DNA from: Rhodothermales bacterium
GTDB lineage: Bacteria > Bacteroidota > Rhodothermia > Rhodothermales > JAHQVL01
Direction of reading: 5' to 3'
DNA: 64,000 bases
Assembly: GCA_041391505.1 (NCBI GenBank)
Contig: JAWKNW010000006.1
Location: 192,354-256,353, forward strand
The notes under the pieces: generated by a model
Told to the model about the DNA's origin: nothing
Seen by the model: only the letters and a program-made list of their open reading frames with translations
Databases searched by the model: none
Shown here: piece by piece, positions 10,316 to 18,194 of the stretch
Numbering within the stretch: position 1 is the stretch's first letter
How the letters are laid out: each line of letters starts with the position of its first letter
Position numbers and translations under genes: made by a program

Positions 10316-11050
10316 TCATTCCCTGCCAGCGGCCCATCGAACACTGTTCGTCAGCAGCTGGCGAAACGCCGGCAGCTCGTGCGCCGCGCCGTCGTGCCCC
10401 AGCGTGAGCCCCACGATGCGCGCGGTGGGGTGGCGCACGGTCCACAGGACGGGGAAATCGGTGCCGGAGGCGGCTTCGTGCCCCGTGGCGAGCACGTCGA
10501 TGCCCGGACCGTCGGCGGCGACGGCGAAGCGGTACAGTTCGTCGTCGAGCGAAAACGTGGCCGGCACGCCGAGCGTGATCGGGTGTGTCGTGTTCTGGAT
10601 GGTGACCGTGAAGGCGCCGTAGGGACCGTGGCTCGATGCGCCGCCGCCGACGAGGTCGCGGTTGTAGGCCGGCCAGTCTTTCCAGTTGATCCAGACGGCC
10701 GGGTGGTAGAGGACGAGCCCCTTGCCCGCCGCGGCGAAGGCCTCGATCGCCGCGCGCGTCGCGCCGTCGTCGACCGGCTGGTTCGTGGAAAGGACGAGGA
10801 CATCCAGGGTGTCGACGGCCGTCGGGATGGCGGACGGGTCGCTGGTGTAGACGATGTCGATGCCTGCTTTCCGAAGGGTGGCGATGTCTTCCTGGTTGAA
10901 CCAGCGGTCGAAGTCGTGCGAGGACCCGCCGCCGACGAGGAGGGCGCGGATGGCGGACGTGCCGGATTCCGCCGGCGGCGCCGCGTCGGGTTGGGCGCAG
11001 CCGACGGCGAGGGCGAGCAGGAGGACGAAAGTGATGCGAGGACGGGTCAT
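10316..11050 (-). CDS. ThuA-like (trehalose-utilisation-type) domain lipoprotein
   Basis: Start taken at the ATG at 11050 (MTRPRITFVLLLALAVGC, lipobox). ALLVGGGSSHDF ... LVLYHPA ... HPIT ... LGHD pattern of ThuA-family class-I glutamine-amidotransferase-like proteins. Confidence 0.7.
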   Translation of the reverse strand: MTRPRITFVLLLALAVGCAQPDAAPPAESGTSAIRALLVGGGSSHDFDRWFNQEDIATLRKAGIDIVYTSDPSAIPTAVDTLDVLVLSTNQPVDDGATRAAIEAFAAAGKGLVLYHPAVWINWKDWPAYNRDLVGGGASSHGPYGAFTVTIQNTTHPITLGVPATFSLDDELYRFAVAADGPGIDVLATGHEAASGTDFPVLWTVRHPTARIVGLTLGHDGAAHELPAFRQLLTNSVRWAAGRE

Positions 11051-11148
11051 GGGCGGGATGGATTGCGTGAGCCGGGAACGACGCGGCAAGATACGCACTC
11101 CGCGTCAAACGGTGCACGGTGTAACGCGGGGCCGCCTCACGCATCCAT

Positions 11149-11916
11149 TCAGGTGGCGCCGGAACGATACCGATGCAGCAGCCGGCGGTACAGGCGGCGC
11201 AGCCGCGGGGTGGAAATCCCCATCGCGTACAACGTATAGACGCACGCGTTGGCCAGATTGACGCGCAGGTAGCTGGCGTCGCGGTATTTGCGGGCGGAGA
11301 CGGTCACGGTTTCCGGGAGGATGGCGAAGGGCGCGCGTTCGCGCGCGCGGCGCAGCCAGTCGTACTCCTCCATGATGACATGCGCTTCGTCGTACCCGCC
11401 GGTCGCCTCGAAAAGCGATGCGGTGACGAAAAGCGTCTGGTCGCCGCCGCGGCAGAACGGGAGATCGAACCGCGTGCAATACGCGTTGACGCGAAGCAGG
11501 GGATGGGCCGTGTCGAACGCCATCCGGAAACAGCCCATCGGCCGGCCCTGCGCCAGCGCGCGTTCGATGGCGTCGAGGAACGATGCCGGCGGGAGCGCGT
11601 CCGCATGCACGAAGTAGAGGACATTCCCGCCCGCCATCCGGGCGCCCAGATTCATCTGCGCCGCCCGGCACCGGGTGTCGCTTCGGATGACCCGGGCGCC
11701 GGCCAGATCGGCCACGGACGCGGTGCCGTCCGCGCTGTCGGCGTCGACGACGAGGATGTCCTCCAGCCTCGCATCGGCATGCCGGCGCAGGTGCTCGACG
11801 AGCCGGCCAATCCGGGCCGCTTCGTTGAGCGTAGGAATGACGACGCTCAGACGGAGCGCGCCGGCCGCCGTACGGGCTTCAAAATCAACAGGTAACGTAT
11901 CAACCCGATTTTTCAT
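11149..11916 (-). CDS. family 2 glycosyltransferase
   Basis: LSVVIPTLNEA and ILVVDADSADGT GT-A signatures. The ATG at 11916 is preferred over the TTG at 11934 used by the ORF track. Confidence 0.8.
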   Translation of the reverse strand: MKNRVDTLPVDFEARTAAGALRLSVVIPTLNEAARIGRLVEHLRRHADARLEDILVVDADSADGTASVADLAGARVIRSDTRCRAAQMNLGARMAGGNVLYFVHADALPPASFLDAIERALAQGRPMGCFRMAFDTAHPLLRVNAYCTRFDLPFCRGGDQTLFVTASLFEATGGYDEAHVIMEEYDWLRRARERAPFAILPETVTVSARKYRDASYLRVNLANACVYTLYAMGISTPRLRRLYRRLLHRYRSGAT

Positions 11917-12805
11917 GCGATCGCAATCATTCAAACAGGCCGTTTATACCGCAGGCGAGGAAACGAAGATCGGTCCGTCATGGCCGGCCATCCTGCTGCT
12001 CGGCGCGTGTCTGCTCGCCCTGACCGGCTGCACGAGCGGTCGTTTCGACCTGATCACGGCGCGGGACCCCGTCCGCGCTCCGGAACGGTTCGATCATGGG
12101 GCGTTCGATACGATCCTCGGGGCCTATGTTCGGGATGGGCTTGTGGATTACGCCGGGCTCAAGGCGTCCGGTCAGCTGGATGCCTATCTGGAGGATCTGG
12201 CCGAAACCGATCCCGCCAACATGAACGAGCCCGATCAGCTCGCGTTCTGGCTCAACGCCTATAACGCCCTCACGTTGAAGCTCATCGTCGAGAACTATCC
12301 GACAAAGAGCATCCTCCGCCTGGCCCCCCGGGGCGTCCGGGGCATCCCGTTCATCGTCCCGAAGGTCAACACCCCGTTCAAGGTGAGCGTGGGGCAGGTG
12401 GCGGGCGTCACCCGCACGCTGGACGAGATCGAACATACGATCATCCGGCCGACATTTGCCGAGCCCCGCGTCCATTTCGCGCTCGTCTGCGCCGCGATGA
12501 GCTGCCCTCCGTTGCGCGAGGAGGCCTACGCCGGCGAGCGGCTGGATGCGCAGCTTGACGACCAGGGCCGGCGATTCCTGCACGATGAGGCCAAAAACCA
12601 GGTCCCGGTGTCGGATGACGCCGTCGCGCTGTCCAAGATTTTCAAATGGTTCGAGGCCGATTTCGGCGGGAGCGAGGCCGCCGTTCAGCAATTCATCGCG
12701 CGCTATTTCGACGGCGACGTCGGGGCCCGGCTGGAGGCCGGCGGCTACCGGGTGGATTACCTGGGTTACGACTGGACGCTGAACGATCAGTCGGCCGGCG
12801 AATAG
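11915..12805 (+). CDS. DUF547 domain lipoprotein
   Basis: Only canonical start in frame before the lipobox LALTGC is the ATG at 11915. FWLNAYNALTLKLIV and HFALVCAAMSCPPL are DUF547 hallmarks. Confidence 0.7.
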   Translation: MRSQSFKQAVYTAGEETKIGPSWPAILLLGACLLALTGCTSGRFDLITARDPVRAPERFDHGAFDTILGAYVRDGLVDYAGLKASGQLDAYLEDLAETDPANMNEPDQLAFWLNAYNALTLKLIVENYPTKSILRLAPRGVRGIPFIVPKVNTPFKVSVGQVAGVTRTLDEIEHTIIRPTFAEPRVHFALVCAAMSCPPLREEAYAGERLDAQLDDQGRRFLHDEAKNQVPVSDDAVALSKIFKWFEADFGGSEAAVQQFIARYFDGDVGARLEAGGYRVDYLGYDWTLNDQSAGE

Positions 12806-12898
12806 CCTGCTGACACCGGGTTGTCACCCGCGGTTTTTATTCTGGCTGGCGGAAGGTATGTTTGAGGCGCAAAACGCGTCTGGTAGGTTTTCCGGGGG

Positions 12899-15046
12899 AT
12901 GCCCGCATCGACGATCCGCCATCCCCGATCCCGCAGCCCGAATCCCCGATTCATGCAGCCCGCATTCACCGAATTCGACGCCCTGTTTCTCGACGGCCCG
13001 GCCGGCGCGGGGAAGACTACGGCGGCCGTGGCGCGGATCCGTGCGCTGCTGGATGCCGGCGTCGCGCCGGAGTCGGTCTTGCTCATCACGCCGCAACGCA
13101 GCTACACGCGGGCCTACGAGCCGGCCTTCACGCCGGCGGAGTGGTACCGGCTGGAGAAAGCGACCATCGGGGGGCTGGCGCGTCGGTACGTGGAGCTGTT
13201 CTGGCCGGAAGTGGCGCCGACGGACGGGTTTTCACTGGATCGGCCCCCGCATTTTCTGACCTACGAGCAGGCGCAATACTTCATGGCGGCCGTCGTGCAG
13301 CCGCTGATCGAGCGGGGCGCCTTCGCCGGCACCCGCCTCACCCGTCCCCGGCTCTACAGCCAGCTGCTCGATAACCTCAACAAGGCGGCCGCGCACGGGC
13401 TGGATCTGGATCGTCTGCCGGCTTTTCTGGACGACGTGGCGATCGGCGAAAAGAGCGGCGGGGGGATGACGGGGGACATCATGGCCGCGCTCGAAGGATA
13501 TCGGGCGCATTGCCGCGCCCACAGTCTGGTCGATTTTGCCTCGTATCTCACCCTGTTCGTCGGCATCGCCGGCGAGGACACGGCCATCCGCCGGCACCTG
13601 CTGGCCCGGTACCGGCACCTCGTCGTCGATAACCTCGAGGAGGATGTCCCGGTCGCGCACGACCTGATCGCCGCGTGGCTGCCGTCGTTCGAATCGGCCT
13701 TGCTCGTGGCGGATACCGAGGGCTCGTACCGGCTGTTTATGGGCGCGAGCGCGCGCTCGGCCGGCCGCCTGGCTGCCCGGTGCGACCGGCACGAAACGCG
13801 GGAAATCATCCATACGGCTCCGCCGGCGCTCCAGGCCTTCGGCGAGGCGCTGCGCCGGGCTATCCGCCGGGATGCCGCCGCAAATCAGGAGGTCGCGCCC
13901 GCCGGCGACGCCGCGTCTTCGGTGACGGTGTACGTGGACCGCTTGCACCACGGGATGATCGACCGCGCGGCGGCGTGTGTCGGGCGGCTGACGGACGCCG
14001 GCGTGCCGCCGGGGGAGATCGCGGTGATCGCGCCGATGCTCGGCGACAACGTGCATTATGCGCTGACGCTCCAGCTTGAAAAAATGGGGATCGCCTCGTA
14101 TGCTCACCGGCCTTCGCGCCTGCTGTACGACGAGCCGGTGACGCGCGTCATGCTCACCCTCGCGGCGTTTGCGCACCCGGCGTGGGAGGCAATTCCGCAC
14201 CGGGAGGCGGCTACGCTGCTCTTTTATCGGGTGCTCGGGGGCTGCGATCTGGTGCGGGCGTCGTTGCTCGCCGGGGCGGTGGTCCCTACGGCGAGCGAGG
14301 GCGTGGCGCTGCTGCCCTTCGAGGCGGCCCCGGCGGGCGTGCGAGACCGCGTTTCGTACCAGATCGGCGAGGCCTACGAGGGGCTCCGGGCCTGGGTGGA
14401 GGCCTACGCCGCCGGCGAGCCGGCGCCCATCGATCATTTTTTCAGTCGCGCCTTCGGGGAGCTGCTCAGCCAGCCTGGCTACGGATTCCACCGGGGAGCC
14501 GCCGAGTGGCAGGTCGGCGCGGTCGAGGCCGGAAAGCTCGTCGGCGCACTGGTCGAATCCGCCGCGCGGTTTCGCGGGGCGGCGGCCGGCATGCCGCACG
14601 CCAGCGCCGGGAAGGCCTATCGCGACATGGTCCAGGAAGGCGTGATTTCCGCTTTTTACGCGTTCGAGTGGGACGAGCCGGCGGACGCCGTGCTCCTCGC
14701 CCCGGTGCATACGTTCCTGCTTCGGAATCGGCCGGTCCGGGCCCAGCTATGGCTCGATGTAGGCAGCACGGCCTGGCATCGCCGCATCAACCAGCCGCTG
14801 ACGAATCCCTACATCCTGAACCGCGAATGGACGCCGGGATCGACGTGGGACGACCGGCAGGAGCATTCGTTCGAACTCGAACGCCTCACGCACGCCGCCC
14901 TCGGGCTGATCCGCCGCTGCACCGGCGAACTGCATCTCTTCGTGAGTTCGCTCAGCGCGACGGGGCGGGATCAGAAAGGGCTGCTGCTCCAGGCGCTCAG
15001 CCGGGCGGCACGTCAGGTGCCGGTAGACATCCAGAGCGAGGCCTGA
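12899..15046 (+). CDS. AddB-like degenerate SF1 ATPase/helicase-fold protein, no nuclease domain
   Basis: 715-aa ORF. Walker A GPAGAGKT near the N-terminus and a DExx-like HLVVDNLEED, but the other UvrD motifs are weak or absent. No Cys cluster or PD-(D/E)XK motif. Alternative ATG at 12953 (MQPAFTEF). The stop lies 4 nt before the next gene. Confidence 0.7.
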   Translation: MPASTIRHPRSRSPNPRFMQPAFTEFDALFLDGPAGAGKTTAAVARIRALLDAGVAPESVLLITPQRSYTRAYEPAFTPAEWYRLEKATIGGLARRYVELFWPEVAPTDGFSLDRPPHFLTYEQAQYFMAAVVQPLIERGAFAGTRLTRPRLYSQLLDNLNKAAAHGLDLDRLPAFLDDVAIGEKSGGGMTGDIMAALEGYRAHCRAHSLVDFASYLTLFVGIAGEDTAIRRHLLARYRHLVVDNLEEDVPVAHDLIAAWLPSFESALLVADTEGSYRLFMGASARSAGRLAARCDRHETREIIHTAPPALQAFGEALRRAIRRDAAANQEVAPAGDAASSVTVYVDRLHHGMIDRAAACVGRLTDAGVPPGEIAVIAPMLGDNVHYALTLQLEKMGIASYAHRPSRLLYDEPVTRVMLTLAAFAHPAWEAIPHREAATLLFYRVLGGCDLVRASLLAGAVVPTASEGVALLPFEAAPAGVRDRVSYQIGEAYEGLRAWVEAYAAGEPAPIDHFFSRAFGELLSQPGYGFHRGAAEWQVGAVEAGKLVGALVESAARFRGAAAGMPHASAGKAYRDMVQEGVISAFYAFEWDEPADAVLLAPVHTFLLRNRPVRAQLWLDVGSTAWHRRINQPLTNPYILNREWTPGSTWDDRQEHSFELERLTHAALGLIRRCTGELHLFVSSLSATGRDQKGLLLQALSRAARQVPVDIQSEA

Positions 15047-15050
15047 GTCC

Positions 15051-17339
15051 ATGTTCAACCCCAGGCCGGCGCAACAGGCCATCCTCTCCTACACCCGGGG
15101 CACCATGGGGATTGCCGCGGTGCCCGGCAGCGGGAAGACGTGGACGCTTTCCCGCCTGGCCGCGTCCCTCATCCAGGAAGACCGGATCGAGGACGGCCAG
15201 GAGGTGCTGGTGGTCACGCTCGTCAATTCGGCCGTCGACAATTTCCGGAAACGCATCGCGAGCTTCCTGCAGGACGAGGGGATGATCCCGGGGATCGGGT
15301 ACCACGTGTCGACCCTCCACAGCCTGGCCTACGACATCGTGCTCCAGGCGCCGACCACGCTGGGCCTGCCGGAGGATTTTTCGATCGTCGACGAACGCAC
15401 GGTCGAGGCGATCCTGCGGGAGGCGTTTCATTCGACCTATCCCCGCTACATGAACACCCTCGCCGGCTACCTCGTCGCCGACATGCCGGGCAACAAACAG
15501 CGGGGCATCCTCGAGAAACAGCTGCCGGACGGCCTGGAGCAGGTGATGCGCAACGCAATATCGCACCTGAAAAACCGTCGTGTCACGGCCGCATCGCTGC
15601 GCGCGGCACTGGGCGAAGAGCACCCGGCACTCGTCGGGCTCGCCGCCGAGGTCTACGAGCGCTACCAGCAGGGTCTCGCCGCCCGCAGCGGTGTCGACTT
15701 CGACGATCTGATCACCTTCGCGCTCGATGTGCTGGATCATCCATCGAGCGCCCCGCTCGTCGAACGGCTGCGGTGGCAGTGGCCCTATATCCTCGAGGAC
15801 GAGGCGCAAGACAGCAGCAACCTGCAGGAGCAGATCCTCCGCCGGCTCGTCGGCCGCGACGGCAACTGGGTGCGCGTCGGCGATCCCAACCAGGCGATCT
15901 ACGAGACGTTCACGACGGCGAACCCGAAATACCTGCGCGATTTTCTGGAGGAGGCGGATGCCCGCAGGGCGCTGCCCAACTCGGGACGCTCGGGCCGGCC
16001 CATTCTGCGGCTGGCCAATGCGCTCATCCAGTGGACGATGGAGGAGGCGCCGGTCGTCGATGTGCGCGACGCGCTCGGCACGCCCCTCATCGAGCCCACG
16101 CCGGAAGGGGATCCGCAGCCGAATCCGCCGGACGACGCCTGCCGGATCACGTTTCATTACGACGGAGCGTCGGCCGAGCAGGAGCTGGATCTCATCCTGC
16201 GCTCGCTCAAGAAGTGGCTCCCCGAGCACCCGGACGAAACCGTGGTCGTGCTCGCCCCCACGCACCGCCAGGCGGCGGAAGTCATTCATGCCCTCGTCGT
16301 AGCCGGCCTGCCGTTTACCGATGCGCTGCTTCGACTTACGACCTCCACCCGGGAGGCCGCCGGCGCGCTGTGCCGCATCCTGCAGCACCTGGCGCATCCG
16401 GCCTCGGCGAAGATGCTCCCCATCGTGTACCGGGTCTGGTTCAGCCGGGTGCGTCGGGATGAGGAGAGCGACGAAACGGCGAACCGGCTCAAGGAGCATG
16501 AAGCCCTGATCTCCGAATGCGCCGATGTGGAAGCGTTCCTGTGGCCCCGCCCGGGGGCGGACTGGCTCGCGGCGCAGGCCGCCGGCTTCGGCGCCGACGC
16601 CGTCGCGTATTTCGAGGCCTTTCGCGAGCAGCTGCGCGCCTGGCATCGGCTGGCCCTGCTGCCGATCGGCGAACTGCTCACAGGCCTCGCGCAGGATCTG
16701 TTCGTCGAACCCGAAAAGCTGGCCATGACGCAGCTGTTTGGAGACGAGCTGACCCGGCGAGCGCAGCCTTATCTGTATAGAAAAGATGACCTTCCGGTCA
16801 GTCTAGTAAAAGCCAATCAAAACATGCTGAAAAAGCAACTGGATACGCTCGACGCGTTTCAGTACGCATTGCAGGAGATTGCGAAGGATCAGCGCCGGCT
16901 CCGGGCCATCGAGGCGGACAAGACCGGTTTCGACCCCGAGGCGTTCAGGGGCCAGGTGGCCGTGGCCACCATGCATGGTGCGAAAGGCCTGGAGTGGGAC
17001 CGCGTGTATCTGATGTCCGTCAACGACTTCCACTTCCCCGCCGGACTCGACACCGACTCGTTCCAGTCCGAAAAATGGTTCGTACGCGAGCACCTCAACC
17101 TGGAGGCCGAGACGCTCGCGCAGCTGGACGCCGCCCTGGACGGGTCGTCCTATCGGGAAGGCGACGCGACGCGGCGCTCGCGCCTCGAGTATGCCCGCGA
17201 GCGGCTTCGGCTGCTATATGTCGGCATCACGCGGGCGCGGAAGGAGTTGATCGTGACGTCCAACAACGGGAAGGGGAAAAACAAGCCGGCCGTCGTATTC
17301 GAGGCCCTCAAAGCATGGGTAGCCGCGCATGGAGCATGA
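15051..17339 (+). CDS. UvrD/Rep-family SF1 DNA helicase (AddA-like, lacking a C-terminal nuclease)
   Basis: 762-aa ORF. Motif I AVPGSGKT, motif II ILEDEAQDSS, motif III VGDPNQAIY, plus ATMHGAKGLEWDRVYL and LLYVGITRARKELIV. The protein ends right after motif VI. Confidence 0.9.
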   Translation: MFNPRPAQQAILSYTRGTMGIAAVPGSGKTWTLSRLAASLIQEDRIEDGQEVLVVTLVNSAVDNFRKRIASFLQDEGMIPGIGYHVSTLHSLAYDIVLQAPTTLGLPEDFSIVDERTVEAILREAFHSTYPRYMNTLAGYLVADMPGNKQRGILEKQLPDGLEQVMRNAISHLKNRRVTAASLRAALGEEHPALVGLAAEVYERYQQGLAARSGVDFDDLITFALDVLDHPSSAPLVERLRWQWPYILEDEAQDSSNLQEQILRRLVGRDGNWVRVGDPNQAIYETFTTANPKYLRDFLEEADARRALPNSGRSGRPILRLANALIQWTMEEAPVVDVRDALGTPLIEPTPEGDPQPNPPDDACRITFHYDGASAEQELDLILRSLKKWLPEHPDETVVVLAPTHRQAAEVIHALVVAGLPFTDALLRLTTSTREAAGALCRILQHLAHPASAKMLPIVYRVWFSRVRRDEESDETANRLKEHEALISECADVEAFLWPRPGADWLAAQAAGFGADAVAYFEAFREQLRAWHRLALLPIGELLTGLAQDLFVEPEKLAMTQLFGDELTRRAQPYLYRKDDLPVSLVKANQNMLKKQLDTLDAFQYALQEIAKDQRRLRAIEADKTGFDPEAFRGQVAVATMHGAKGLEWDRVYLMSVNDFHFPAGLDTDSFQSEKWFVREHLNLEAETLAQLDAALDGSSYREGDATRRSRLEYARERLRLLYVGITRARKELIVTSNNGKGKNKPAVVFEALKAWVAAHGA

Positions 17340-18168
17340 ACGTCCGCTGATTTTCAGCGCCCACAACCTGCAGACGTTCGTCGACTGCGAGCGCCGGTTC
17401 GAGCTGCAGTACCTCGATCGGATGACGTGGCCCGCCATCCCCGCGCATCCGCCGCTGGCTTATGAACAGCTGATGGCCGACGGCCGTCGGTTTCATCGGA
17501 TGGTCGAGCAGGACCTGCTGGGCGCCGCCGTCCTGGAGCCCACCGCCGCTGACACCCCGGAGGTGGCCGACTGGTGGGAGAACTACGGGATGTACGATCC
17601 CGCCGGCGAGGTCGAGGGCGAGCGCTTCATCGAGCGCATGCTGGTCGGCACCATCGGATCGGGTGGCCCGACGCTCGTGGCCCAGTACGACCTGATCGTG
17701 TGGAATGGCGAAGCCGCCGTCATCTTCGACTGGAAGACCTCGCGCCAGCCGCCTCAGCGTGCGCGCCTGCTCGAGCGGATGCAGACGCGCGTGTACCGCT
17801 ATCTGCTCGCGTCGAGTGGCGCGGCGCTCACCGGCGGGACGCCGATCCCTCCCGAGGCTGTGCAGATGGTGTACTGGTTCGCCCGTTATCCCGAGGAGCC
17901 CGTCGTCGTCGGTTACGACAGCGATACGTTTCGTCAGGATGAGCGGTATCTGACGGAGCTGGTCGACCGCATCGCGGCCGGCCGGCAGGAAGGGCGCTTC
18001 CCGTTGACGGAAGACGAACGCCTGTGTCAGTACTGCACCTACCGGTCGTTTTGCGGCCGCGGTGCGGCAGCCGGACCCCTGCTCGGCGACGAAGCGGACG
18101 ATGCGGTGGACCTCGCCCTGGATGCGCTCGGCGACCTGGATGAGATCGAGGCGATCGCCTTCAAATAA
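17329..18168 (+). CDS. PD-(D/E)XK nuclease with Cas4/AddB-type 4-Cys (Fe-S) signature
   Basis: 279-aa ORF overlapping the helicase gene by 11 nt. N-terminal Cys in FVDCERRF. Nuclease core YDLIV...IFDWKTS and RVYRYLL. C-terminal CQYCTYRSFC. Confidence 0.8.
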   Translation: MEHERPLIFSAHNLQTFVDCERRFELQYLDRMTWPAIPAHPPLAYEQLMADGRRFHRMVEQDLLGAAVLEPTAADTPEVADWWENYGMYDPAGEVEGERFIERMLVGTIGSGGPTLVAQYDLIVWNGEAAVIFDWKTSRQPPQRARLLERMQTRVYRYLLASSGAALTGGTPIPPEAVQMVYWFARYPEEPVVVGYDSDTFRQDERYLTELVDRIAAGRQEGRFPLTEDERLCQYCTYRSFCGRGAAAGPLLGDEADDAVDLALDALGDLDEIEAIAFK

Positions 18169-18194
18169 GCAACTTCCCCACGAATCGACGAGCC

